This document shows, piece by piece, positions 1 to 9,897 of a stretch of DNA of 47,590 nucleotides. Location of the stretch: the IMG/VR virus record IMGVR_UViG_3300045988_057867, one strand, 5' to 3'. Position numbers and translations under genes: made by a program. A model generated the notes under the pieces. It searched no databases and was not told the origin of the DNA. It worked only from the letters and a program-made list of their open reading frames with translations. The stretch comes from a virus. Within the stretch, counting starts at the first letter, position 1. Each line of letters begins with the position of its first letter.

Positions 1-2962
1 CGCTTTTCAGCAATTCCCAGCCACTACTTAACAGTCCCGGCAATGCCTGTACTGCTGTCACGGCTGCGCTTTTCAGCAGTTCCCAACCTTTACTTAACAA
101 TGGTGCAAGCGCCGCGCCTACGGTTGACACTGACGTTTTCAGTAATTCCCAACCGCCGCTTAACAGTCCCGGCAATGCCTGTACTGCGCTTGTTGCAATA
201 TCTTTAATGCCATTCCATGCGCCTTTCCAGTCACCGTCAAGGGCTTTCAGTACAACATCAAATATTTTTGATATTGTCTGTAATGCTCCGGTTATCAGGC
301 TTGCTACTTTCGGAAATACATTCTTTGCAACGCTCATAAATGCGCTTGCTACTGGTTTTATTGCTGCCAGTATCTTTGCAAATACTCCCGCTATAATCGG
401 TATCAGCTTTTGAAATACCTGTATAACCTGTTCTGCAATTGGTGTTACATATGTTTGTACACCACTTGCAAATGCGGACAGTGCATTTTTCACTTTTCCT
501 GCCGCTGATACAAAAGTGTCAAATGCCGCAATGCCTTTTTCTCCAAAAGTGTCACTGATCTTCTGGCGTATTCCTTCCAGATTTCCGCCGCTTAATATGC
601 TCTTTACAGCGTTTGTTACGTTCCCGATTGCTGCAACCGCTTTATCGAATACCGCAACACCTTTTTCTCCAAATACTTTTCCTATTGCTTCCCGGATTTC
701 TCCAAGATGATTTTTTAGTAACTGAATAACTGTAATAACTGCTGTCACCGCTCCGACTACCGGAAGAATTTTACCTGCAATTCCTGCAAGTGGTCCCAGC
801 ATGGTACTTCCCAGTTTTGCCAGCGGTCCGAGTGCTGTTTTGAACACGTTGCCTATCGGTGAAATGATCTTGCCTATTCCGCTGAACCCTGCTGTTATTA
901 TCTTTCCAATATTTCCAAGCGGTGATCTTGCTATTACTCCGCCCAGTCCAGACAGGATTCCTGATAGTTTACCCCCGATTGCAGAAAATGGTTTCAGGAT
1001 TCCTGATACCATCTTTGAACCAACGCCAGAAAGACTTCCTCCTATCTTTCCGCCAATTCCTGCGAACGGTTGCATAAACGCTGAACCAACGCCACCCAGC
1101 GCGCCTTTTACGTTTCCGAAATATGACAGTATTCCTTTGCCTGCCTTTTGCAGTTTTCCCGCAAGGTTTGTTCCTTCAATTCCGGCTATCAATGATCTGC
1201 TTTTAAACAGGTTCAGTGCAATTTGTACAGCATTGATTCCCTTTGAAAATTCAAGGTACCCTAGTTTTCCAACCAGTGCAGCTACTTTGAGTGCTGCCAG
1301 TGCTGCTACAACTTTCGTGATCGTCTGCACAAGTTTTGGGTTTGCCTGTGCAAATTCTGTTACTTTCTGTACGACAACTGCCACTTTGTCTGCAAGTGTT
1401 CCAACTATCGGTAAGAAGGTTTGTCCAATAACAATGCCTAAATTGCTGATACTGTTTTTGGCTTTTTCCATTTTTGCTTCTGCTGATGCTTCCATTTTTG
1501 CAAATGCTTCGTCTGTAGCATTTGCGCTGTCAACCATTCCCTGTACCTGATTGTTGAACCCTTCCACACCGTCAGAAAGTAATGATACTGCGGCTTTTCC
1601 AGCTTCCGAGCTGCTGAACATATCTGCAAGGCTCTTTCCGCTTGCGGTTGCCTGATCTTGCAGGACTTGTAATACTTCGCCTACGCTTTTTCCGCTTGCC
1701 ATCAACTCTTGAAAACTCTGCCCAGTTGATTTTTTCAGGGCTTCGCTTGCGGTGGTTCCGCTTTTTCCAAGTTCATTCAACATGCTGTTCATGTATGTTG
1801 TACTTTCTGCGCAAGCAATACCTTTGGCGGTCATTATTGCGTAACCGGCGCATAACTGTTCCAGTCCTACATTGTATGATTTTGCAGTCGGGATAACTTT
1901 ACCCATTGAACTTGATAGTTCACCTACAGTTACTTTACCTTTATTCTGGGTCTGTATCAGCATATCTGATACGCTTGTTACCTTCTCTGCTTCCATTCCG
2001 TATGCGTTCAGAATGGTTGTCAATACGTCCAGTGTTTGCGAACTCTCTGCAAATCCGGCTTTTGCCAGCTTTGTTGAACTTGATACAAAAGCTACTGCGT
2101 CCCCTGTCTTCTGTCCGGCAGATATTGCGTTATAAACATCTTCTGCAATTGTTGAAGCTGCAATGCCTGTAGTGTTTGAAAGTTGCATGATCTGACTTGA
2201 CATTGTACTCAATGGTACTTCTGTGCTATCAGCAATTGTTGAAACCTTCTGCAATGCAGTTTCGTACTCCATTGCACTTTTTACAGGACCTGCATAGACA
2301 GCGGCAGCAACTGCGGTGATTGTTCCCACGGTTCCTGCAAGCTGCATTTTCGTCTTTCCGATCTCTGCTGTGATCTGCTGCTGTTTTTCTCGCAGCCCCT
2401 GTAATCTTTCCTGCGACGCTTTTAGTTTTTCATATGATTTTTGCAGCTTTTCATTTGATTTCCCCAGATTGTCAGTATCTACCCCGGCAGACTGCAATTC
2501 TGCTTTCAAGCTGCTTAACTTCTGTTCCTGTTCTCCTATTTTGGCATTGGTACTTTGTATCTGGTTTTCATTCGATTTCAGTTTGTTATTTAAGCTGTCA
2601 TACTCTTTTTCTGTTGCCTGTAGTTCTGTAGATAATCTTTCGTACTCTTCTACATCTCCGTTTGCTTTGGCGGTTTCCATTGCCTGTTCTAAGGCTTTCT
2701 TTTTCTCCGCCGTCTGCTGCAACTGCTGCTGTAATTTCTGGTGTTCTGTCTGTAGTTCTGACAGCTTCGCTTTGTTTTTATCAATAGCGCTGTTTGTTTT
2801 TGTAAAAGCGTCAATCTTTCCCTGAACGGAATTGACCTGTTTTATGCTTTGTGCAAGTTTCTTTTGTGTGTCAATCGCATTTCTGAACACTCCATTGAAG
2901 TTTCCGCCTAAAGCCGCTTTTAACTGAAACAATAATTCAAACTGTTTCTGTGCCCCTGCCAA
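1..2962 (-). CDS. Tail tape measure protein, N-terminal part (continues in frame at 47557..45516 across the junction)
   Basis: The minus frame appears open (spot-checked at both ends only; the ORF track reports no in-frame stop-bounded ORF here) from TTG at 2962 (RBS AAGGGAGGTGG upstream) to position 1. It starts LAGAQKQFELLFQLKAALGGNFNGVF, a typical tape-measure N-terminus. It is missing from the ORF track only because it has no stop inside the window. Confidence 0.85.
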   Translation of the reverse strand, partial: MAGAQKQFELLFQLKAALGGNFNGVFRNAIDTQKKLAQSIKQVNSVQGKIDAFTKTNSAIDKNKAKLSELQTEHQKLQQQLQQTAEKKKALEQAMETAKANGDVEEYERLSTELQATEKEYDSLNNKLKSNENQIQSTNAKIGEQEQKLSSLKAELQSAGVDTDNLGKSNEKLQKSYEKLKASQERLQGLREKQQQITAEIGKTKMQLAGTVGTITAVAAAVYAGPVKSAMEYETALQKVSTIADSTEVPLSTMSSQIMQLSNTTGIAASTIAEDVYNAISAGQKTGDAVAFVSSSTKLAKAGFAESSQTLDVLTTILNAYGMEAEKVTSVSDMLIQTQNKGKVTVGELSSSMGKVIPTAKSYNVGLEQLCAGYAIMTAKGIACAESTTYMNSMLNELGKSGTTASEALKKSTGQSFQELMASGKSVGEVLQVLQDQATASGKSLADMFSSSEAGKAAVSLLSDGVEGFNNQVQGMVDSANATDEAFAKMEASAEAKMEKAKNSISNLGIVIGQTFLPIVGTLADKVAVVVQKVTEFAQANPKLVQTITKVVAALAALKVAALVGKLGYLEFSKGINAVQIALNLFKSRSLIAGIEGTNLAGKLQKAGKGILSYFGNVKGALGGVGSAFMQPFAGIGGKIGGSLSGVGSKMVSGILKPFSAIGGKLSGILSGLGGVIARSPLGNIGKIITAGFSGIGKIISPIGNVFKTALGPLAKLGSTMLGPLAGIAGKILPVVGAVTAVITVIQLLKNHLGEIREAIGKVFGEKGVAVFDKAVAAIGNVTNAVKSILSGGNLEGIRQKISDTFGEKGIAAFDTFVSAAGKVKNALSAFASGVQTYVTPIAEQVIQVFQKLIPIIAGVFAKILAAIKPVASAFMSVAKNVFPKVASLITGALQTISKIFDVVLKALDGDWKGAWNGIKDIATSAVQALPGLLSGGWELLKTSVSTVGAALAPLLSKGWELLKSAAVTAVQALPGLLSSGWELLKS

Positions 2963-2977
2963 TTCGTTCCACCTCCC

Positions 2978-3609
2978 TTAACGCTTTTTTTCCTGCCGTT
3001 TACGTTCTCTTTCTTCCTCTGCTGTTACGGCATTTGCTGTTTTTATCCAGCGGAAGAATCGTAATAGTGGCATTTCCATCCAATACGGGACGGGCGTGTG
3101 TGAACTCCTTGCCATTTTCCATGCCTGCTGTCTGATAAATTCAGCGGGGTTCTTAATTTTTAATAGCCCGCAGACACTAAAAAATCCCTTGCTTTGTTTT
3201 TGATCTTCATGTAATCTCCAAGCGGTAAACGGCAGATTTCGTCAGATGCAACCCCAGCGGCTCTTGCTGCAAGTCTTGCCTGAAATGCTGAATTTACTTC
3301 CGGTGCAAGTACAAACTGGTTGTTCGCTGCCAGTTCTTCTTCTACGGCTTCCATATCATCGCCAGTAAGATTTTCAAAATAGAATGTCATGGTATTATAT
3401 TTCTTTCCCATAATCTCTCGCGGTTTCTTGAAAGTGTGGGTATAATTTGCAGACTGTGAAGCCGCTTTTTTCTTATCTCCCATAACCACAACGCCTGTTT
3501 TTTCTGCCTGTTCCATTTCTTCTGCTGCTACGATTTCTGTAGTCTCTTCCTGTACTGTTTCAAGATTTTTGTTGTCGCTCATATGTTCTATTCCTCCGTT
3601 TTTCTGCAA
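2978..3609 (-). CDS. Tail assembly chaperone, long form made by a programmed -1 frameshift (gpGT / E+E'-like)
   Basis: After the slip, the -1 frame reads ...FFSVCGLLKIKNPAEFIRQQAWKMARSSHTPVPYWMEMPLLRFFRWIKTANAVTAEEERERKRQEKKR and stops at 2980..2978, inside the tape-measure RBS. The extension fills the otherwise non-coding 2963..3159 gap. Confidence 0.6.
3160..3609 (-). CDS. Tail assembly chaperone (short, gpG/P2 gpE-like form)
   Basis: 149 aa ORF between the tube gene and the tape measure gene, which is the conserved chaperone position. A slippery site lies near its 3' end. Confidence 0.7.
   Translation of the reverse strand: MQKNGGIEHMSDNKNLETVQEETTEIVAAEEMEQAEKTGVVVMGDKKKAASQSANYTHTFKKPREIMGKKYNTMTFYFENLTGDDMEAVEEELAANNQFVLAPEVNSAFQARLAARAAGVASDEICRLPLGDYMKIKNKARDFLVSAGY
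3178..3184 (-). promoter_or_regulatory. -1 ribosomal frameshift slippery heptamer U UUU UUA
   Basis: The zero frame is GAT TTT TTA GTG, which gives the X_XXY_YYZ heptamer T_TTT_TTA six codons before the chaperone stop. Confidence 0.6.
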
Positions 3610-3656
3610 TCAAAAACCAGCGGTATTTCTCCGCTGGTCTGACTGCTGATCTTATT

Positions 3657-4175
3657 TTATTTTCCTAAAATCTTTCTAACCTCTTTCAGATAGTCCACGC
3701 CATCAATAATGCAGATGAAGTTCAGCGGGTCAATTTCTGTATTCTTTACGCCGTCAATATAGACCGCGTAATAGGATACCGCATATTCTCCGCTGCCGTC
3801 TGCTGTTGAAGCTGGTGCAACTTTTCCAAGCGCGGTTTTCTTTGGTGTCACCTTTAAAACATGCTTTACACCTGTAGTTTTCAGTGCGCCTGCTGTAGTG
3901 TCGTGGTCCTGCTGTGCTACTCTAAGGTCGATATTGTGAACTTTCGGCGCAGCAAGTTTCATCTGGGATTTACTTACAGTTCTAAAGTTCAGTGTTAATG
4001 TCATAGCTTCCATATGACCGATAATTACACTTTCAATATTTCCTGCGATTCCTGCGCCGGAAATCTCCTGTGTTAAAAATGACAGGTCAGGCAGTGTAGC
4101 TTCTGACATTCCTAAAAACTCTGTAGCGTCTTCGTACACTGCAAAGTTAATGATTGTTTCATTCATGCTTGCCAT
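3657..4175 (-). CDS. Tail tube protein (P2 FII-like)
   Basis: 172 aa. The C-terminus IDPLNFICIIDGVDYLKEVRKILG resembles the P2 FII tube C-terminus. It lies immediately downstream of the sheath gene. Confidence 0.75.
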   Translation of the reverse strand: MASMNETIINFAVYEDATEFLGMSEATLPDLSFLTQEISGAGIAGNIESVIIGHMEAMTLTLNFRTVSKSQMKLAAPKVHNIDLRVAQQDHDTTAGALKTTGVKHVLKVTPKKTALGKVAPASTADGSGEYAVSYYAVYIDGVKNTEIDPLNFICIIDGVDYLKEVRKILGK

Positions 4176-4191
4176 TTGTTTTTTCCTCCCT

Positions 4192-5613
4192 TTATGCTGC
4201 TAATAATGATGTCTGTAAATATGACACGTCATATTCCAGAACAAAATCAAGTTTCTGCAACGGTGACGGTGGCGTAAGGCTGATGTGAAATTTTGCACGT
4301 CCAGCCATCAGCGCTGTTAATGTGTTTTCTTCTTCTCTTAATTCCACGCGTCCTCCCAGAATCTTTTCTTCTGCGGTCAGCCCACGCAGCCATGTATTAA
4401 CTCCCTCTAAGATAGCGTCAATCAGTCTTCGTGTCAGTTTTCGGTCAAGTTTAGACCAATAGGACTGCACCACTGTTTTTCCAACCCATTTGAACATACG
4501 GGAAATGCAGTAGAAATAGTCTACCGGGTCTGTACTTGTTGGAAATGCTGCGGTGTAATTTCCCCATGAAGTAAAGCTGCCTGCAAAATTAAGCGCTGTA
4601 ATAACACCATTGTCATTCAGGTAATTTGCGCCCTGTAAATCCATGATTACTTCTGTTCCGTCTGCAAGTACGGCGCTGTCTGCCTGTAATGTTTTATTTG
4701 AAGCACTTTCGCAAGGTGTGCCGCCGCCGTATTCGTCGGTATTGTCTACCTGTGCCATAAGACCTGCAAGCTGTGAAGAATAGTTGAAAATCTTTTCTCC
4801 CAGTGCTACGTGCGGAAAACAAACCAGTTCATTTGTTCTGCTGAAATTTTTTGATTTCTTCCATGCTGGAACTTCTGTATAATATCCTGCTTCCGCTGTA
4901 TCAACATCCAGAATTGCATCTGCTGCAAATACTTCATTGATATTTTCGCCCTTTGCTGCCATGACTGCTGCAACCTCCGGGTCATGTGACCAATTCGGGC
5001 ACAAAATCAGGTCTGGCGCATATGTATATTTTGGGTAAACGCTGTCGATCAAATCAAGACCTGTATGTTTGTGTGTGGATGTGCTGAAACCTCCGATAAT
5101 ATCATTTTTTGTAACCGCTGACGGGTCTATTTCGTCATATGTTACGGTTGTTTCGGTTGCGTTATCCTTCAGAAACTCTACAATGCAGTTTTCATCATCA
5201 TAGAACACCGCAAAATCTTCATCCACTTTCTTTCCTGTAATTTTTACAGAAGTGTCAATGGTAGAAATCGGCAGTTTGATCTGATTGTCAACTGGTGTTG
5301 CAGTTGTTGTTCCTGTCTTTTTATGTTTTGCCGGGTCCAGTACATTTACCACGAATACCGGGGAAACCTTGTAAAGTTTGAACATTGTGTAAATCACTTC
5401 TGACAGACCATAGTTTTTCCAATCGTCAGAATATCCCAGCGCTGTTACTGCTTCTTCCCAGTTGTTCAGCATGATAGCTTCGTTTACTTTTCCGTCTACG
5501 GTGTGTACTGGCGCTGTTCCTACTGCAAATGCAATTCCAGTAGCTGCTACATTCGGTGTTGACACGCTTGTAGGTGCTTTGCTAGACTGTGCGCCGTGTG
5601 TAATATTTGCCAT
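4192..5613 (-). CDS. Contractile tail sheath protein
   Basis: 473 aa. The N-terminus MANITHGAQSSKAPTSVSTP is sheath-like (P2 FI type). Gene order is sheath, tube, chaperone, tape measure. Confidence 0.85.
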   Translation of the reverse strand: MANITHGAQSSKAPTSVSTPNVAATGIAFAVGTAPVHTVDGKVNEAIMLNNWEEAVTALGYSDDWKNYGLSEVIYTMFKLYKVSPVFVVNVLDPAKHKKTGTTTATPVDNQIKLPISTIDTSVKITGKKVDEDFAVFYDDENCIVEFLKDNATETTVTYDEIDPSAVTKNDIIGGFSTSTHKHTGLDLIDSVYPKYTYAPDLILCPNWSHDPEVAAVMAAKGENINEVFAADAILDVDTAEAGYYTEVPAWKKSKNFSRTNELVCFPHVALGEKIFNYSSQLAGLMAQVDNTDEYGGGTPCESASNKTLQADSAVLADGTEVIMDLQGANYLNDNGVITALNFAGSFTSWGNYTAAFPTSTDPVDYFYCISRMFKWVGKTVVQSYWSKLDRKLTRRLIDAILEGVNTWLRGLTAEEKILGGRVELREEENTLTALMAGRAKFHISLTPPSPLQKLDFVLEYDVSYLQTSLLAA

Positions 5614-5616
5614 TTT

Positions 5617-5979
5617 TTATACCTCCTGTTTTAACTTTGCAGAAATAACAGACTGTAAATCTGTGTAATATTTGTTCATAATGTTTCCGGTTGTTCTCAC
5701 CTTGTATTTTGCATCTGCCAGTTTTTCAATTGGCACCAGCATTTTTGAAACAAGCGGGTATTCTTCCAGAACGTTTTCCAGTTCCTTGTTAATCTCTGCT
5801 TCTGTTCCTTCGTAAATTGTGTTACATTTCAGTTTCCCGCGTGGCAGTGTAGGACCCACATAAATTACTTTTGTAATTTCTTCCTGTTCTACTGTTGGAA
5901 CCTGTGTTTTTGTTTCTTCCTGTACTTTTGTTTCTTCCTGTACTGTTGTGTTTTCCTGATCTACTTTTTTAGTAGCCAT
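5617..5979 (-). CDS. Hypothetical protein (neck/tail region)
   Basis: 120 aa with a QEETKVQEETKTQ repeat near the N-terminus. Tightly packed in the operon. Confidence 0.55.
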   Translation of the reverse strand: MATKKVDQENTTVQEETKVQEETKTQVPTVEQEEITKVIYVGPTLPRGKLKCNTIYEGTEAEINKELENVLEEYPLVSKMLVPIEKLADAKYKVRTTGNIMNKYYTDLQSVISAKLKQEV

Positions 5980-6460
5980 TAAAATTGACCTCCCTTTCTA
6001 TTGTTGGTATTGAAAAGTTCGCTATCATTTCCCCGAAGTAGTACGGTTCTGTATTATCCGGGTACACTACCGCTTCAAGTGGCTTTTGTACTTCAAATTG
6101 CTGCCCGATCACTCCTGTTGTCAGAAGTCTTTCCCTGATTCTTAAAAGAACGTTTAAAACGTCGTATGCGCCCTGTTCTCCATCTTCTGAAAATGTCGCA
6201 ACCACCAATCTTACTTGTGCGGTTGCTCCTGCTGGTTGTGACGGCTGTTTATCGTCCTCTAATTTCAGCAGTTGTAACAGCACGTATGGTATTCTTTGCG
6301 TTTTATCCTCTTTCTTTTTCAGGCGCATTTTGTGTACTTCTGCTGCCCGTTCCTTTTCTTCCCCCGGTTTTGTGTTTGTTACTCTTACCTGCAATTTGAT
6401 GTCTGAAATATTTTCTTCTACAAATTCAGCAAGTCTTTCAAGTAATATAATTGGTGTCAT
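5969..6460 (-). CDS. Putative tail terminator/neck protein (assigned by position only)
   Basis: 163 aa ORF between the gpZ-like gene and the sheath gene. No motif recognised. Confidence 0.4.
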   Translation of the reverse strand: MTPIILLERLAEFVEENISDIKLQVRVTNTKPGEEKERAAEVHKMRLKKKEDKTQRIPYVLLQLLKLEDDKQPSQPAGATAQVRLVVATFSEDGEQGAYDVLNVLLRIRERLLTTGVIGQQFEVQKPLEAVVYPDNTEPYYFGEMIANFSIPTIEREVNFNGY

Positions 6461-6465
6461 AAAAA

Positions 6466-7020
6466 TTAACCTCCGCCCAGTAACCGTTCAATTTCATGTT
6501 CCAGACGTTCATTTACAAGTTTCTGTGCTTCTTCTTCCAGTGGTTCAATGATCTTTTCGTTTCCTACCATCTGCGCGGCAGCAAGTCCCATGATCTCTTC
6601 TACCGGGAAACGTGGTTTGCTTTCTCTTTCAAAGATTCCAAGGTGTCCGCTTGCCATTTGTGCGATAAAAGCAGACTGAAATGTTGTGCCGCCGCCTTTC
6701 ATTACGCCCGCATTTACAAATTGCCCGGTTCCCGGTGTCTTTGGTGTTACATGAAATTTGTATAACGGAATTTTTGCACCAGAAAAAGAAATGTACCCCA
6801 CAAGGTTTCCTGCGCTCGCTTTGCGTACTCTTGTGTTTGTAGCCGCGGACAGCGCAGCGCTTTGTACTGCATACACTTCTTTTACTTTCCGCATTGCTCC
6901 GGTCTTTACGCGTGACAGTCCACGGTTCAGGGCGTTTGCTGCTGCCCGTTCCGCACCTTTTGGCACATTTGCCAGAATCTTTTCTGCCCGTTCCATTCCT
7001 TCCACTGTTATTTCAATCAT
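6466..7020 (-). CDS. Minor tail protein Z-like tail completion protein (lambda gpZ family)
   Basis: GMERAEKILANVPKGAERAAANALNRGLSRV...MKGGGTTFQSAFIAQM parallels lambda gpZ (GLEQAVENLSRISKTAVPGAAAMAINRV...LKGGGS...GAFIQQL). Confidence 0.6.
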   Translation of the reverse strand: MIEITVEGMERAEKILANVPKGAERAAANALNRGLSRVKTGAMRKVKEVYAVQSAALSAATNTRVRKASAGNLVGYISFSGAKIPLYKFHVTPKTPGTGQFVNAGVMKGGGTTFQSAFIAQMASGHLGIFERESKPRFPVEEIMGLAAAQMVGNEKIIEPLEEEAQKLVNERLEHEIERLLGGG

Positions 7021-7361
7021 TCGTCATACGCTCCCAGTTCAAGCACTATTTCCCCGTCTTCGCACTCCGCGCTGTTGATATTGAACATTCGGTATCTTCC
7101 GCCGTCGTCAATATCAATCGTGTTTCCGCGTGTTGGGACAAATCCAAGGTCTGCAAGTGCTATATACGCCACGGCTTCAATTTTGTTAATTCCTTCGCCG
7201 TTGTCACCGTTTAGCTGTTTTCGTTCCATAGCGGTTTCATGGTCCAATATGACAGGGACCGTGTACGTTTCCCCGTCATATCGAATATCTTTGACAACTG
7301 CAAATTCTGCCGTGTTATGAAAAGTTTCCATGTCTTTTAATGCAGCTGTTTTGAAGTCCAT
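7017..7361 (-). CDS. Head-tail joining protein (lambda FII-like)
   Basis: 114 aa directly after the capsid gene. The C-terminal RGNTIDIDDGGRYRMFNI pattern resembles lambda FII RGDTLTIGEENFWV. Confidence 0.5.
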   Translation of the reverse strand: MDFKTAALKDMETFHNTAEFAVVKDIRYDGETYTVPVILDHETAMERKQLNGDNGEGINKIEAVAYIALADLGFVPTRGNTIDIDDGGRYRMFNINSAECEDGEIVLELGAYDE

Positions 7362-8416
7362 TAAAGCACCTTTGCCACAAACCAGCTGTCAACAGCGTGT
7401 GGAACGGCAAGTGGTGCAGAAGAAAGCTGTAAGAATCTTCTGTCTGGTTTGTGTTCAATCCATGTGTTAGGTACATATTTCCCTTCTACTGTGACGAACT
7501 GTTTTGAAGTATCATCTAATTTTGTTACTGCGCCATACAACATGGAATAGTTCGCGTTGCTTGATAACAGTGCAAGTGTTCCATCTGGTACCATTGGTTT
7601 ATCCTCCGGCGTTTCCGGTTTTGTCCAGTCGTCAAGATACCATTCGTTGTATGTGTAAATATCAAGTCCCAGTTCCTGAATACTTCCCACGTAAGTTACG
7701 CCATCCGGTAGCTGGCGTGGCTGAATAACTGCAAGCTGGTAATTTCTTACATCAAGCATTTTCTGCACTTTCGGGTGTGCAAGAAATGCTGTTGCTACAT
7801 CATCTGCCATAATGCACATATCGCAGTTTGTAAAACCTGTCTTTTGTACTTTCTTATGCCAGCGTTTCAGGTCTGCGATCGGGTCTGAATTTTCGTTGCT
7901 CCATTTTTTTGTTGCGGTAGAAATTGTTTCTGTGTTCGTAAATTCAAAATCAATTTCTTCGTTCAGCCCTTCCCCGATAATCGGGATTTTTCCTGTAAAG
8001 ATTGACTGTGTACACATAAGTTCTTCACGGCGTGCAATCATGTCCTGTAGTTCCATGAAATCTGCTGCCAGTTTCTGTACTGCTCTTTCTGCTGGTGTCA
8101 TTCCAGATACAAGGCTTTCTCCCGGAAGTCGTGTCAGAAGATTGTCAACTGTTGTGATCTTGTCCGGTGCAACCAGTGGCGGTGTATAGCTTTTTGTTGT
8201 GTAGCCTTTGTTTGCTACTGTTTTACTTCCGATACGTGGGTGTACATATGGTGCAACCTGTCTTGAACCTTTTACAAAATCAATATCAACAGCTTTTGTT
8301 GAAAATGTATCTTCATGTTTGAAGAATGTTTTTCTAAAAAACATATGTACTGGCGGGATGCTCAATACAACACGGTTCATGGTCCGTGGTTCGTAAATGC
8401 TTACTTCATTTGCCAT
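7361..8416 (-). CDS. Major capsid protein (lambda gpE family)
   Basis: 351 aa. FFRKTFF near the N-terminus and the C-terminal LQLSSAPLAVPHAVDSWFVAKVL parallel lambda gpE (LFFRESY..., IQSAPLMLLADPDEFVSVQLA). Confidence 0.85.
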   Translation of the reverse strand: MANEVSIYEPRTMNRVVLSIPPVHMFFRKTFFKHEDTFSTKAVDIDFVKGSRQVAPYVHPRIGSKTVANKGYTTKSYTPPLVAPDKITTVDNLLTRLPGESLVSGMTPAERAVQKLAADFMELQDMIARREELMCTQSIFTGKIPIIGEGLNEEIDFEFTNTETISTATKKWSNENSDPIADLKRWHKKVQKTGFTNCDMCIMADDVATAFLAHPKVQKMLDVRNYQLAVIQPRQLPDGVTYVGSIQELGLDIYTYNEWYLDDWTKPETPEDKPMVPDGTLALLSSNANYSMLYGAVTKLDDTSKQFVTVEGKYVPNTWIEHKPDRRFLQLSSAPLAVPHAVDSWFVAKVL

Positions 8417-8438
8417 TTCTGTTTTTTCCTCCTGTTAT

Positions 8439-8762
8439 TTATCGTAAGAAAATAGACAATTTTCTTAAAATCGGTTTTAATGTTTCCGCTGTTACGTCGC
8501 TAGGGAATTTCACTCCTGTTGTAAAAAACTCGCCTGTCATGTAATAAACTACTGGCGCGTCTTTTTCTGCTGCGCTTGCAGTAATCCCGATCACGTCCGT
8601 TGCTTTTGCTGTTGTTACAACCGCAATTTTCCCGTTGTCGTCAAGATAAACTGGTGTGTGTTCTTCCAGTGCTGCTGCCGCTGTTCCGGTTTCTGTTAAT
8701 GTCGGAAATTCGCCAGCGAAAAAGTTCTGCGGTGTATTTTCGTATTTCCCAACTTTATACAT
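8439..8762 (-). CDS. Head decoration protein (lambda gpD-like)
   Basis: Start set at the internal ATG at 8762 (RBS AAAGGAGG, overlapping the protease stop). It is a small protein between the protease/scaffold and capsid genes, with gpD-like GITASAAEKDAPVVYYMTGEF. Confidence 0.6.
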   Translation of the reverse strand: MYKVGKYENTPQNFFAGEFPTLTETGTAAAALEEHTPVYLDDNGKIAVVTTAKATDVIGITASAAEKDAPVVYYMTGEFFTTGVKFPSDVTAETLKPILRKLSIFLR

Positions 8763-9897
8763 TCTGCTGACCTCCTTTCTTGCCAAACAATTTATCAATT
8801 GCAGCATCGTACGGGTTTTCTGTTTCCTGCCCTGTCTGTTTTGCTGCTGCGCCTACGGTTCCGGTGTTACTGTCTGCTACGTCTGCGTCTCTGTTTGCAA
8901 GATATGTTCCACCCTGTTTCTTCTGCTCATTTACAATTTTCAGGGCTACTTCTGCTGCACTTACCGGATGTTCAAACATTGCGTCTTCCACAATATCTTC
9001 AAAACCATTCAGCGCAGTTTCTTTAATATCCTTAATTCTTGCGCGTTCCTCTTCTTTTGCATTGCTTACGATCATTGCTACTAAATCCGGGTATTCTGCC
9101 GTCAGTGCTTCAACCGTTGTAATGCTTTCGTTTGTTGCCATGTTCTTTTCCTCCTTTTTTTGTGTTTTGGCTGCACTTGTATTTGTAAAACATCCCGGAT
9201 TTTTCGGGCTGTTAAACAACGATCTGGGAAGTGTTTTATATCCTGATACGTCCAGTGATACGCTGTTTACTACAACGTGGCTGCTGTTTTCCACGGCGGT
9301 TGAAACATCATCAAACATAATTTCGTCACAAAATCCGTTTGATACTGCATCTTCTCCCGTCCACCATGTTTCAACAGACATAAGCTGTTCTATATCCTGT
9401 GCGTCTCTGCCGCTTTTCATTGCGTATGTGTTTACAATTGACTGTTTGATAACCTTTAATTCTTCTGCCATCTTTTCAAAGTCTTCCGCTGTAAAGGTGT
9501 CCCAAACCGTCATAGCCGGGTCATGTATCATAAATACGCCGTTTTTAGCGATCTTGATTGTGTCGCCTGCCATTGCAATTATGGTAGCTGCGGAAGCCGC
9601 CCACCCGTCAATTTTCACTGTTATCTTTGCTGAACAGTCTTTTAAACGTGTGAAGATCGCATTTGCTGCAAACACGTCACCGCCGCCACTGTTGATTCTT
9701 ACAATAATTTCTGATACGTCCCCAAGGGCTGCCAGTTCTTCATTGAATTTTCCCGGTGTTACCCTATCTTCCCACCAGCTTTGCTGTGAAGATATAGCCC
9801 CGTACAATAACAATTCCGGTGGCTTGTTTCCTGCTGCCGGAATGAAGTTCCAGAACTTATTTTCCTGCTGCTGGTTCGCCTGCTGTACTGTTGGCAA
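8755..9897 (-). CDS. ClpP-family prohead protease with a C-terminal scaffold-like domain
   Basis: LLLYGAISS...EIIVRINSGGGDVFAANAIFTRLKD...KIDGWAASAATIIAMAGD is the ClpP/S14 phage protease signature. The C-terminal half is charged and helical. Confidence 0.8.
   Translation of the reverse strand: MPTVQQANQQQENKFWNFIPAAGNKPPELLLYGAISSQQSWWEDRVTPGKFNEELAALGDVSEIIVRINSGGGDVFAANAIFTRLKDCSAKITVKIDGWAASAATIIAMAGDTIKIAKNGVFMIHDPAMTVWDTFTAEDFEKMAEELKVIKQSIVNTYAMKSGRDAQDIEQLMSVETWWTGEDAVSNGFCDEIMFDDVSTAVENSSHVVVNSVSLDVSGYKTLPRSLFNSPKNPGCFTNTSAAKTQKKEEKNMATNESITTVEALTAEYPDLVAMIVSNAKEEERARIKDIKETALNGFEDIVEDAMFEHPVSAAEVALKIVNEQKKQGGTYLANRDADVADSNTGTVGAAAKQTGQETENPYDAAIDKLFGKKGGQQNV

Noticed and set aside
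207-2825. Series of plus-strand ORFs (207..413, 516..710, 801..1550, 1642..2172, 2316..2825)
   Set aside because: All lie antisense to a minus-strand frame that appears open throughout (checked by hand only at both ends), starts with a typical tape-measure N-terminus and joins in frame to 45516..47570. The plus-strand peptides are low-complexity.
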